Part shown: positions 1 through 8,390 of the stretch, piece after piece
Numbering within the stretch: the first letter of the stretch is position 1
Layout: each line of letters opens with the position of its first letter
Origin: Candidatus Uhrbacteria bacterium
GTDB taxonomy: Bacteria > Patescibacteriota > Patescibacteriia > UBA9934
Direction of reading: 5' to 3'
Length of the DNA stretch: 64,000 nucleotides
Assembly (NCBI GenBank): GCA_903827265.1
Contig: CAIKHN010000009.1
Location: forward strand, 151-64,150
Notes under the pieces: generated by a model
Told to the model about the DNA's origin: nothing
Seen by the model: only the letters and a program-made list of their open reading frames with translations
Database searches by the model: none
Program-made: the position numbers and the translations under genes

Positions 1-9
1 CTATTTGAT

Positions 10-231
10 TTGGGTCTTAATAAAACAGCCTTTTTAATAACAGCAAATGAAAATATTCTACTGATGTTCGATTTTGCAAATCGTTATCTTGGTTTCTGTA
101 TTAAAACACCGAAAGAAAACTATAACGTATTTGATTTATCAAATACGTGGATCGGTTATCTTGTTTCAAACAAAAAAGACGGTTTCAATTATTTTGACGT
201 GAATGGACGCTGGATAGGATTCATTGTCTAA
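10..231 (+). CDS. Hypothetical protein, C-terminal part (ORF continues off the window edge). It has repeated W-I-G motifs (NTWIGYLV / GRWIGFIV) suggestive of WG-type beta repeats. It lies in a segment of about 30% GC.
   Basis: ORF track. Internal repeat seen by eye. AT-rich composition is unlike the rest of the window. Confidence 0.3.
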   Translation: MGLNKTAFLITANENILLMFDFANRYLGFCIKTPKENYNVFDLSNTWIGYLVSNKKDGFNYFDVNGRWIGFIV

Positions 232-233
232 AA

Positions 234-779
234 CTAGGCGAGTTTAATGGTTCTATCAGACAAAGTCATTTGTGAATTGAGATGTCCTAATAGCTCCCGT
301 TTTTCTTCCTTTGTGCCTTCCTTCAGAATATATTTCGCACAGGCATAAACGTCGATGTCCGGCATAATTTCTGCAACTTTTGCTGTCGCGAGATGACCGC
401 CGAGGCTCGAGATCATTTTTGTGAGACGATCAATTTCCTGTTTGATCCGTTCAACCGCCGCGAGTTCGTTGATGTCGACTTTGTCGATGATTTTGTAGAG
501 CTGGTCTAGCAATTCTTCTTCGCGGATATATGGTTGTTTGCATCCTGTCATCCAACGTTTCATGCACCCATAGTATACGTAGCGTTTTGTTGTTCCGTCC
601 TTGAGCCGTTTCACTTTTTGATCGGCACTGATGCCTGAACTACAAGCTCCACATTTGAAGATTTTCGTGAAGCCGAACAGAGCACTGACGACCGCCTTGA
701 GGGCGTCATAGAACGGATATACCACGTGCCGGTACCGAACGAGAACGATGTCGTAACCGCCAATTTCCGTGTTGTCCAT
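234..779 (-). pseudogene. C-terminal fragment of a large serine recombinase: recombinase zinc-beta-ribbon (…KCGACSSG…YVYYGCMKRW…GCKQPY) plus coiled-coil. No N-terminal resolvase catalytic domain is present.
   Basis: The Cys pattern and YYGC motif are typical of the Zn-ribbon recombinase domain. The ORF is only 181 aa. A hairpin and an adjacent gene immediately upstream leave no room for a catalytic domain. Confidence 0.55.
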
Positions 780-904
780 TTGGCCTCCGGCGCGAAATAT
801 AGCGAAATTTCAATCGAAACACAAGATTTGTATGGTCGCTTTTCAATAAAACGCAGTGAAGGCCGCCCGGTGAGGGGCGGCCTTCGTTCGTCTGTCGTTC
901 GTTC

Positions 905-2158
905 TTACGGAATGCTGACCTCGTCGATGCTACCGTCGCAGTCGTTGTCGAGAGCGTCGCAGATCTCGACCGCGCCCTGGTAGACGTTGGGGTTCGCATC
1001 GTTGCAGTCGTCGTCGGTGGGGGCGACGTTCGAGATCCCGAGGAGCACGTAGACTCCGTACTCGCACATGTCTTCCACGACGAGGCTGACGCCTCCGTTC
1101 ATGTCGCCGTCCATGTCGGCATACCAGGACGACGTGCCCACGACGCCCTCAGGATCTTCGTCGTCGACGTAGCCGTCGCAGTCGTTGTCGCTCCAGTCGC
1201 ACACTTCCTCGGCGCCCGGGTGAACCTGGGCCGAGAGCGGGTCTCCCGGAAAGTCGTAGCAATCCGACCCGTCCTCGACGTAGGTCGCGTCGACGCTGAC
1301 CGGTGCTTCGCACGCCGCTACGGCGGGGAAGAAGTATCCGTTCGGGTCGCCGTACCCGTCGCCGTCGTTGTCCGGGTACCACGTGAGGGCGTCCACCGCG
1401 TTGTTGTCCGCGACGCCGTCGCAGTTCTGGTCCATGCCGTCGCAGATCTCGTCCGTGTTGGGGGACACGGTCGGATCGTTGTCGTCGCAGTCGGCGTGAT
1501 CGGCGTTGGAGTACGCCGGACGCTCGTCCGGGCAGGCCATGACGGGGGTGATGTCCTCGGAGGCCGTGGAGCTTCCGTCGCCGTCCACATCCGGGTACCA
1601 GGCCCACATGTCGACGGCTCCCGCTTCCGGGTCGCCGTCGCAGTTCTGGTCGATGCTCACGTTGTGGAGATCGCAGTGCTCCGGGGCACCCGGGTGCACG
1701 TCGACATCGGCGTCGTCACAGTCGTCGGCGTTCGGGACGTAGCCCTTGATGTGCTCACACACCAGCACGGTGAACGCGGGGTCGCCGTAGCCGTCGCCGT
1801 CACCGTCGAAGGACTGGCCGGTGACGGGGTTGTCGTCCACCGTTCCGTTGCAGTCGTTGTCGAGGCCGTCGCAGAGCTCCGGGGCGTCCTGGTAGACGCT
1901 CGGGTCGCTGTCGACGCAGTCCTTGTGGTTCTTCACTTGGCCCTCGGCCAAGACGCAGGTTTCCACGAGGGTGTTGATGTCGCCGTACCCGTCGCCGTCC
2001 ACGTCGCTGTAGGCCTTGAAGGCCGTGCAGGACGCGGTGTCGATCGCCGAGTCGACCGTGTCGTCGATCGCGAGCGCGGTGTCGATGGACTCGGACGAGT
2101 CGGTGGTGGCGGCGGGGGAGGAGCAGGCCAAGAAGGCCAGAATGAGCATGGAGACCAT
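905..2158 (-). CDS. Secreted or lipoprotein-like Cys/Asp-rich repeat protein. It carries multiple DGDGYGD / CDxxDxDxxPGAxExCDGxDNDCDG units resembling the MopE-type putative metal-binding repeat class. Strongly GC-rich relative to the rest of the window.
   Basis: Internal repeats are visible in the translation. N-terminal hydrophobic segment MVSMLILAFLAC. Multiple long spurious ORFs on both strands (1149..1607, 1318..1590, 1800..2216, 1933..2235, and the 5' part of 1220..3175) are typical of a high-GC insert. Confidence 0.6.
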   Translation of the reverse strand: MVSMLILAFLACSSPAATTDSSESIDTALAIDDTVDSAIDTASCTAFKAYSDVDGDGYGDINTLVETCVLAEGQVKNHKDCVDSDPSVYQDAPELCDGLDNDCNGTVDDNPVTGQSFDGDGDGYGDPAFTVLVCEHIKGYVPNADDCDDADVDVHPGAPEHCDLHNVSIDQNCDGDPEAGAVDMWAWYPDVDGDGSSTASEDITPVMACPDERPAYSNADHADCDDNDPTVSPNTDEICDGMDQNCDGVADNNAVDALTWYPDNDGDGYGDPNGYFFPAVAACEAPVSVDATYVEDGSDCYDFPGDPLSAQVHPGAEEVCDWSDNDCDGYVDDEDPEGVVGTSSWYADMDGDMNGGVSLVVEDMCEYGVYVLLGISNVAPTDDDCNDANPNVYQGAVEICDALDNDCDGSIDEVSIP

Positions 2159-2323
2159 GGAGCACCAGGGGCAGGAGGTTTTGGGTACCCAACATTGGGC
2201 GGCAAGACCATACCAAAAAAACGGCGAATTGTCAACCATTATTGGCTAACATTCGCCATTTCTAATGGTAGCCTCATTAACTGTCTCAGTGAGACCGAGT
2301 CTTTAAAAAGACTTACACGATGC

Positions 2324-3175
2324 ATGACTGGCGTATATTTTTCCAACAAACTTATGAACTCTTTTCAGATAACTCCATACAAAACCTTCGGCGATGTTGA
2401 AACCTCGGCGATTCGTTATATTTCTAATGGACATTGGGTTCATGGATTTTTAGCGATGCCGAAAGGAGAAGCGGGACCGTTGCCGTGTATCATTTTTAAT
2501 CGTGGCGGATCCTTTGATTTTGGCGTGATCGACGATGTCACCCTTGAAAAACGTATTTCGCTTATTGCTTCATGGGGCTACGTCGTTATCGCCTCGCAAT
2601 ATTCGGGTAATGGAGGGAGCGAGGGGCAAGATGAGCTTGGAGGAGCTGATGTTGAGGACGTCGTGCGTCTTAAAGAATACATAAAAGATATTCCGCAAGC
2701 AGACGTATCACGCATCGGTATGATCGGCGGATCACGTGGCGGTCAAATGACATACCAGTCTCTTGCTCGTGTTGACTGGTTAAAGGCAGCAGTCAGTATT
2801 GCGGGATTAGCAGATTTGAACCGGCAGATTGTTTTACGACCAGAGATGATCAAAGTATTCGAGCAAGGATTTGACAATACCGCTGAAGGGAGAAAAGAGC
2901 GTAGCGCGATTGCATTTGCCGACCGACTTTGCAAAACAACGCCATTGCTCATGCTCCATGGCACGGCCGACTGGAGAGTAAGCCCTAAGGATTCATTGGA
3001 GTTATCGGTGAGGCTCCTTGAGGCACGTGTGCCACATCGATTGGTGATGTTTGAAGGTGGGGATCACGGACTTGCTGAGCATCGTAAAGAAGAATGGGAG
3101 ATGATCCGTATTTGGTTTAAGCGATTCGTGAAAGACGGAGAAGTGTTGCCTGATTTAGAGCCGCATGGAGTATAG
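2324..3175 (+). CDS. Alpha/beta hydrolase, prolyl-oligopeptidase / dienelactone-hydrolase-like (S9 family)
   Basis: GxSxG nucleophile elbow (IGGSRGG). Downstream Asp and His (…GGDHGL…). The true start is inside track ORF 1220..3175, whose 5' two-thirds is antisense to the GC-rich gene. Confidence 0.65.
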   Translation: MTGVYFSNKLMNSFQITPYKTFGDVETSAIRYISNGHWVHGFLAMPKGEAGPLPCIIFNRGGSFDFGVIDDVTLEKRISLIASWGYVVIASQYSGNGGSEGQDELGGADVEDVVRLKEYIKDIPQADVSRIGMIGGSRGGQMTYQSLARVDWLKAAVSIAGLADLNRQIVLRPEMIKVFEQGFDNTAEGRKERSAIAFADRLCKTTPLLMLHGTADWRVSPKDSLELSVRLLEARVPHRLVMFEGGDHGLAEHRKEEWEMIRIWFKRFVKDGEVLPDLEPHGV

Positions 3176-3219
3176 GTAAAGGGAGTAGATGGCAGGTTAG
3201 TGGGGCAGTCGGGAAAGAT

Positions 3220-3252
3220 ACAACAAAACCGGCCTTGCGCCGGTTTTGTTGT
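3220..3252. terminator. Bidirectional intrinsic terminator between convergent genes
   Basis: Perfect hairpin acaacaaaaccggc-cttgc-gccggttttgttgt with an A-run on one side and a T-run on the other. Confidence 0.6.
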
Positions 3253-3273
3253 GCTCGATATCTGTGATGATTC

Positions 3274-4674
3274 TTACAGCACGTCGTCGATGTCGTTTAC
3301 TGAGTAGTATGCGTCATCACGGTCGTAGTCACGGACGTTATCGATTTCGGTGCCAATCGTGTAGTTGCTGTAAAGGGCATCAGGAACCTTTGCGAGAACG
3401 TTCGTCCAATTGCTGCCGTAGTCGGATTTGAGAAGGGAAAGTGTGGTGTAGTGATGAAGAGTGTGGTCGGCGCTAATGGCGTATACCTTTGAGGAGCTGT
3501 CGAATTTTACGACGACACTTCCTGGACGATACGTCACATTCTTGCCGATGGTGAGTGATGACATGAAGTCTTGGCTGACGTTCACAACGTCATTAAAGTT
3601 GGAATACCAGGTGTAGAAAACACTTTCATTCGGGAACACGTGGCGCTTGCCGTCGTTGCCGTAGTAGTACACGGCCTTACATGTTTGTGATGTGTTTGCA
3701 TACACGCCGCACGCAATCTTGATGAGCGATCCGCGGTTTGCATTGTTGGATGTATGCGATTGGTTGCTCACGGTAACGGTGCGTGATGTGCCGCGTGTCC
3801 AGTTGCCATTCTCATCTTCACAATATGCGTACACCGTGTAGCTGCCGTCGTTGCTGAACGAGTAATTTTTTGTGAATCGGTTTGATGACGACTCAGTCAT
3901 CGATCCGACAGACGATCCGCTGACGTACAGTTTGCAAGTGACTGCATCGAGTGTGCCGTATGGTGTCACGCTGAAGGTAGTTGATTCGTCCTCCGTTGCG
4001 GTTGAAGGCGTTACTGATGGCACGGTGAATGTTCCAGAAGTGTCTGGGTCTTCTTGATTCACAACGCCTACTGTACGCGATGTTCCGGTGGTGTAATTGC
4101 CATCGCCGTCGGCACAGCGTGCGTGCACCGTGTAGCTGCCGTCGTTCGAGAATGTGTAGGACTTGTTAAATGTTGATCCGCTCTTCGTCATCGATCCGAC
4201 GGAGGATCCGCTGACGTACAAGTCGCAAAACGAAGTTGCGGATTCGCCAGAAGGCGTGACGCTGAAGGTTGTTGATGTGTCTTCAATGGCGGATGATGGC
4301 GAAACGGCTGGAACCGTCGGGCCAATGGTGTCGATTTCAAAAGTGACGGATGTTGATGTGCTTGTTGCATTCGTGCCTTGTGCGCGAACAAACAGCGTGT
4401 GCCAGCCGTCAGCAAGTGACCAAGTGGTATATGAGGTGACGTTTCCAAGGTTCAACCAATCGCCGTCATCGACGAGGACTTGATACCACGTTGCGTTTGC
4501 AGGACGTGTCCACGTTGCAGTCGGAGTGGTGTCGTTGGTGTAAATACCGCCAACAAGACTGAGGTTTGTTGGCGCTGCGAGCGTTGCAGCAAGCAATGAT
4601 TGTGGGAGGATCCCAAGGAACAGTGCGGAAAGCGTTGCAATTCCGAGTGCCTTTCGGAGGGAGAGGTTTGTCAT
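3274..4674 (-). CDS. Secreted surface protein with a signal peptide, two tandem ~95-aa Ig-like repeats (…TTFSVTP…YVSGSSVGSMT…NDGSYTV…C.DG.GN.T.GTSRTV…), Thr/Ser-rich linkers and a C-terminal domain
   Basis: Signal-peptide-like N-terminus (LGIATLSALFLGILPQSLLAA). Internal duplication is visible in the translation. Confidence 0.5.
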   Translation of the reverse strand: MTNLSLRKALGIATLSALFLGILPQSLLAATLAAPTNLSLVGGIYTNDTTPTATWTRPANATWYQVLVDDGDWLNLGNVTSYTTWSLADGWHTLFVRAQGTNATSTSTSVTFEIDTIGPTVPAVSPSSAIEDTSTTFSVTPSGESATSFCDLYVSGSSVGSMTKSGSTFNKSYTFSNDGSYTVHARCADGDGNYTTGTSRTVGVVNQEDPDTSGTFTVPSVTPSTATEDESTTFSVTPYGTLDAVTCKLYVSGSSVGSMTESSSNRFTKNYSFSNDGSYTVYAYCEDENGNWTRGTSRTVTVSNQSHTSNNANRGSLIKIACGVYANTSQTCKAVYYYGNDGKRHVFPNESVFYTWYSNFNDVVNVSQDFMSSLTIGKNVTYRPGSVVVKFDSSSKVYAISADHTLHHYTTLSLLKSDYGSNWTNVLAKVPDALYSNYTIGTEIDNVRDYDRDDAYYSVNDIDDVL

Positions 4675-4758
4675 ATACCACCATTGCATGCTTGTTTGGT
4701 GTGGTTGTCAATGCGAAAAAATGTGGATTGATTTTCCGCAAGCTGATACGATTGTTTT

Positions 4759-5115
4759 ATGCCAAAACCTATTGAACACACACCACAGGAACGGACGCAG
4801 ATGATCATCGCTGCCGTTTTGGAATGCTTGAATGCATTTTCCGATTTTCGGGAAGAATATTCGGCGCAGAATGCGTCTGAGGTTGTTGCGATCCAAAAAT
4901 CGCTCGAACACATTGCGATGACCGTACTTTCTGACGCGACTATCGACGACAAGCCGCAGGTAATCGCGAAACGCATGCTGTCAGACTTGAGTCATCGCGG
5001 TGGAATTCGTCAGGGATTCTTTGATCCGATGGAATCAGAAGATCGCGGTAATTTAGTCCGTGACGTTGCGTTTGTTATTTACCGTGTTTTGCACAGCGGC
5101 AGTGTTTTCCAATGA
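4759..5115 (+). CDS. Hypothetical protein
   Basis: ORF only. The 3' end overlaps the convergent SET-domain gene by about 40 nt. Confidence 0.3.
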   Translation: MPKPIEHTPQERTQMIIAAVLECLNAFSDFREEYSAQNASEVVAIQKSLEHIAMTVLSDATIDDKPQVIAKRMLSDLSHRGGIRQGFFDPMESEDRGNLVRDVAFVIYRVLHSGSVFQ

Positions 5116-5497
5116 AGTAGTTGAAGTAGTCTTTGCCGTAGTTGTACGAAAGTTCTTCGCCGGCGTTGATTGCGCGTTTTGAAAAGACGAGAACTTTTCG
5201 CCCTTTTACTTCTACTTCGCAATTTGGACGGCATGAATGGTTAATGTATCGCGCGATGTTTTTACGCGTGGTTCCGTTGATGGTTTTGCCGTGGCCAAGC
5301 TCGAAAAGATACTTGCCGCCGATGCGGTTCGCTTCATCGTCGGAAACGATATCGCCCCAATACTCAATGATGAACCGACGCTTAGGAATGGCGACATTGG
5401 TAAAAATGCCCAAACCAGCGGCGCTTTTGCGCGGTACAACGTCGAATGCGGTTTTGCGTGGCGTGTAGGCCATAGAAGAAAAATAACCGCGAAGCAT
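5075..5497 (-). CDS. SET-domain protein (putative protein-lysine N-methyltransferase)
   Basis: Canonical SET motifs NHSCRPNC and ELSYNYG, plus a post-SET Cys cluster CRCAKHGK. Confidence 0.7.
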   Translation of the reverse strand: MLRGYFSSMAYTPRKTAFDVVPRKSAAGLGIFTNVAIPKRRFIIEYWGDIVSDDEANRIGGKYLFELGHGKTINGTTRKNIARYINHSCRPNCEVEVKGRKVLVFSKRAINAGEELSYNYGKDYFNYFIGKHCRCAKHGK

Positions 5498-5569
5498 AGC
5501 AGAAATTTGGAAAAAAGTACAGAGCGTTATGACCGGTCTTTGAAATAAAGGATACGAAAAGAATCAGAT

Positions 5570-5986
5570 ATGAAATATTGGCTTCTCAAAACCGAACCGA
5601 GTACATACTCCTGGGACGATCTTGTTCGCGATGGCGCCACGAGCTGGACAGGAGTTCGTAACTTCCAAGCGCGAAATAATTTGCGAGCGATGCAAGTTGG
5701 TGACGCGTTGTTCGTGTATCATTCAGTGAATGAACGATCGATCCGCGGTATTGCAACGGTTACGCGGTCTGCGTATTCAGATCCAACGGCCACAGATGGA
5801 GATTGGGTCGCGGTTGATGTTTTAGTAGATCATGCCGCAGACGTTCCGCTATCACTTGATGACATCAAAAGAATTCCGTCACTGAAGAACATGGTGCTTG
5901 TGAAGAACTCTCGACTTTCTGTGCAACCGGTTACCGACGCCGAATGGGATGAATGCTTTCAAAAAATGTATCCAAAATTCGGATAA
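5570..5986 (+). CDS. EVE-domain (PUA-like) protein
   Basis: N-terminal MKYWLLKTEP…YSWDDL…W.GVRN.QARN.LR.M..GD..FVYHS is typical of EVE/DUF55. Confidence 0.7.
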   Translation: MKYWLLKTEPSTYSWDDLVRDGATSWTGVRNFQARNNLRAMQVGDALFVYHSVNERSIRGIATVTRSAYSDPTATDGDWVAVDVLVDHAADVPLSLDDIKRIPSLKNMVLVKNSRLSVQPVTDAEWDECFQKMYPKFG

Positions 5987-5988
5987 TA

Positions 5989-6663
5989 CTATTCAACGTA
6001 TTCGTTCGTTTCTTCAGGCGGCAAAGTAAGATCGACATTGAACGATGGCGCGGTCCATGAATGCTCGCCAGTGATGCTCATGTCGCGAGCTGGCGCTCGA
6101 GTTGCTGCTTCAATCGCGCCCCAAACTTCGTTGCGATTGCGCCCAGAGGTAATGGAATGTTCAATGCGACGAACACCAGGATATTTTTCTTCGAGTGTAC
6201 GATGCAGTTTTGCGGCGTCCGATGCTGAAAGTTTATCCATTTTGTTTGTGATAATCACGAACGGAATTCCGTTACTCTGCAACCATGCGGCCATGTCAGC
6301 ATCAAGTTCTGTTGGAGGAATGCGTGCATCGATAATGAGAAGTACAAGACGAAGCTGTGGGGTTTGCAAAAGATATTCGTGAATCATTTCCGCAAACATG
6401 ACTCGCTTTTCCTTTGACGTTTGTGCGTAGCCGTAGCCTGGAAGATCAACAAGAAAAAAACGATGTTCAATATCGTAAAGGTTGATGGTTTGCGTGCGTC
6501 CAGGATCGGCACTGACTCGCGCAAGTTTCTTTTGACCGGTGAGATGATTAATCATCGACGATTTTCCGACGTTGGAACGCCCAACCATAGCGATGTGCGG
6601 TTTTGCATCGATAGGGAGATCAGAGAGCGACGTTGTCGCAGTAAAGAAAGACGCGGAAATCAT
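5989..6663 (-). CDS. engB: Ribosome-biogenesis GTPase EngB/YihA
   Basis: G1 motif GRSNVGKSS, DLPGYG, NKMD. The start is trimmed to an internal Met; the track ORF extends to 6846. Confidence 0.8.
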   Translation of the reverse strand: MISASFFTATTSLSDLPIDAKPHIAMVGRSNVGKSSMINHLTGQKKLARVSADPGRTQTINLYDIEHRFFLVDLPGYGYAQTSKEKRVMFAEMIHEYLLQTPQLRLVLLIIDARIPPTELDADMAAWLQSNGIPFVIITNKMDKLSASDAAKLHRTLEEKYPGVRRIEHSITSGRNRNEVWGAIEAATRAPARDMSITGEHSWTAPSFNVDLTLPPEETNEYVE

Positions 6664-6781
6664 ATGAGGAGTGAGTGTAGCACGTCTGAGGCAGACTGCA
6701 TATGATTGTGCTATTACCCATTGTGGCGCATGGTGAAGGAAAGATCGTCTACGCGGAATCTTGTGCGGTAACTTTTTCCGT

Positions 6782-6931
6782 ATGTTGTGGACTATCGCGG
6801 TCGTGCTCCTTGTTCTTTGGTTCCTCGGACTGGTGACGTCGTACACTATGGGCGGGTTTATTCACATTCTGTTCGTTCTTGCGATCATTGTCGTGTTGAT
6901 TCGTGTCATTCGAGGAGAGAAAGTGATCTGA
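6782..6931 (+). CDS. lmo0937-family small membrane protein (49 aa): MLWTIAVVLLVLWFLGLVTSYTMGGFIHILFVLAIIVVLIRVIRGEKVI. It is absent from the ORF track because it is under 60 aa.
   Basis: Manual translation. The sequence pattern matches the widespread lmo0937 small-protein family. Confidence 0.55.
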   Translation: MLWTIAVVLLVLWFLGLVTSYTMGGFIHILFVLAIIVVLIRVIRGEKVI

Positions 6932-6972
6932 TGTGAAGAAATGGTACGATGTGGTCATGATCATTTTGGATT

Positions 6973-7452
6973 ATGACCAATCGTCCATGGCTTGAGTTCG
7001 GAATTTTTATCGCCATCGCGGAAAGCGCTGGCCTTCTTGGATCGGTGTTCACTTTCTCTGCAATCCCAACGTGGTACGCGACACTTGTGCGGCCGGCGAT
7101 CGCTCCGCCGAGTTGGGTGTTTGGACCGGTGTGGACCACGCTTTTCGCAATGATGGGTATTGCTGCGTGTCTGGTGTGGCAGCAGCGAAAACGTCGGAAA
7201 GATGTTCGGCGTGCACTCTTTCTTTTTGGTCTTCAACTTGTGCTGAACGTGTTGTGGTCAGTGCTGTTCTTTGGAATGCAAAATCTTGGTCTAGCGTTTG
7301 GAGAAATTTTTCTTCTTTGGATTGCGATCGCTACAACCATTGTCGCATTCGGGAGAATTTCCCGATCAGCCGCGTGGCTTATGGTGCCGTATCTGCTTTG
7401 GGTGAGTTTTGCGACGGTACTGAACTACGCGTTTTGGATTGCGAATGCATAG
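6973..7452 (+). CDS. tspO: TspO/MBR family tryptophan-rich sensory protein
   Basis: Motifs P.WVFGPVWT.LY.MMGIA..LVW and multiple Trp-rich TM segments. Confidence 0.8.
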   Translation: MTNRPWLEFGIFIAIAESAGLLGSVFTFSAIPTWYATLVRPAIAPPSWVFGPVWTTLFAMMGIAACLVWQQRKRRKDVRRALFLFGLQLVLNVLWSVLFFGMQNLGLAFGEIFLLWIAIATTIVAFGRISRSAAWLMVPYLLWVSFATVLNYAFWIANA

Positions 7453-7455
7453 CGT

Positions 7456-7977
7456 ATGCCAAGAACGCGGAGTACAACCATTGTCGTGAATGACTCTTTT
7501 CAAAGAGGATATCGGTACGTGCTCACAGAACCGTCTGGCAGAAATTTCGATTCACGATTTTCGCCGGAACTTACACCAAAACAGATGCTCGCGCTTGGCG
7601 TATTCGACGGAAAGTACATGACGGATTGTCGGAAAGAGTTTCCAAAAAGCTGGTTTGCGCGCGCAAAGCTTTCGCCAAAACGACCAGATCCATCAATAAA
7701 TTATTTTGGGTGTCATGCAAGTCAATCGCTGCGAACATGGCAGCGCAACGGATGGATTCGTGCGGCGTTTGATCCTCGCGGTTGGTTTCAATGGTACTGC
7801 AGGTATTACATGGGACGACGTTTGCCTGGTGAGGACGATCGGCAGATTCGCCGTTGGCGAGCAATCGCACGACATGTCGGTGCTGTTCGCAAGCATTGCG
7901 CAAAAGGCGATGCAACTTGTCGACCGCGTCAACGGCAGGCGCTCCTGCACTGGGCGTATGATAGTCGTAATATATAG
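7456..7977 (+). CDS. Conserved hypothetical protein, basic and Trp/Arg-rich (…SINYFG…DPRGWFQWY.RYY.GRR…RQRQALLHWAYD)
   Basis: ORF with low-complexity-free conserved-looking motifs. I could not place the family. Confidence 0.4.
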   Translation: MPRTRSTTIVVNDSFQRGYRYVLTEPSGRNFDSRFSPELTPKQMLALGVFDGKYMTDCRKEFPKSWFARAKLSPKRPDPSINYFGCHASQSLRTWQRNGWIRAAFDPRGWFQWYCRYYMGRRLPGEDDRQIRRWRAIARHVGAVRKHCAKGDATCRPRQRQALLHWAYDSRNI

Positions 7978-7984
7978 TGTGTTT

Positions 7985-8389
7985 ATGCCTACATCTCTTT
8001 CATTGTTCGCGATTGCGTTCTCGACGTTTCTCGCACTCGATCTCACCTGGATTGGATTCGTTGCGCGTGGATTTTACAAAAGTCAGATTGGGTACCTCAT
8101 GACGTCGAACGTAAACTGGATTGCGGCGATTGCGTTTTACGTTCTTTTTATCGTTGGGCTCTTGGTATTCGTTATTGGTCCGGCTTTTCAATCACACTCC
8201 TGGATTCAGGCATTGTTGTACGGCGCGTTCTTCGGTTTGGTGACGTACGCAACGTATGATTTAACCAATCTTGCAACCACAAAAGATTGGCCATTGCTTC
8301 TCACTGTTGTTGATCTGACGTGGGGCACCGTGCTCGCTGCATCAGTTTCGGCACTTACAGTACTGATTGCGAATGCATTAAAGGTGTAA
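7985..8389 (+). CDS. DUF2177-family membrane protein
   Basis: Four predicted TM helices. The sequence pattern resembles DUF2177. The start is trimmed from track ORF 7706..8389. Confidence 0.45.
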   Translation: MPTSLSLFAIAFSTFLALDLTWIGFVARGFYKSQIGYLMTSNVNWIAAIAFYVLFIVGLLVFVIGPAFQSHSWIQALLYGAFFGLVTYATYDLTNLATTKDWPLLLTVVDLTWGTVLAASVSALTVLIANALKV

Positions 8390-8390
8390 T

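Noticed and set aside
1149-2235. Several 90-150 aa ORFs inside and antisense to the MopE-like gene (1149..1607, 1318..1590, 1800..2216, 1933..2235)
   Set aside because: They are Arg/Pro/Gly-rich low-complexity translations typical of alternative frames of high-GC DNA.
1220-3175. 651-aa ORF taken as a single gene
   Set aside because: Its first ~1100 nt are the antisense shadow of the GC-rich repeat-protein gene. Only the 3' part (2324..3175) has hydrolase motifs and normal composition.
5498-5569. aaagaatcag 10-mer in the SET/EVE intergenic region matching the inverted repeat of the 17.7-kb and 38.1-kb elements
   Set aside because: It is a single 10-mer without its partner inverted repeat or any other element sequence, so it is most likely coincidental.
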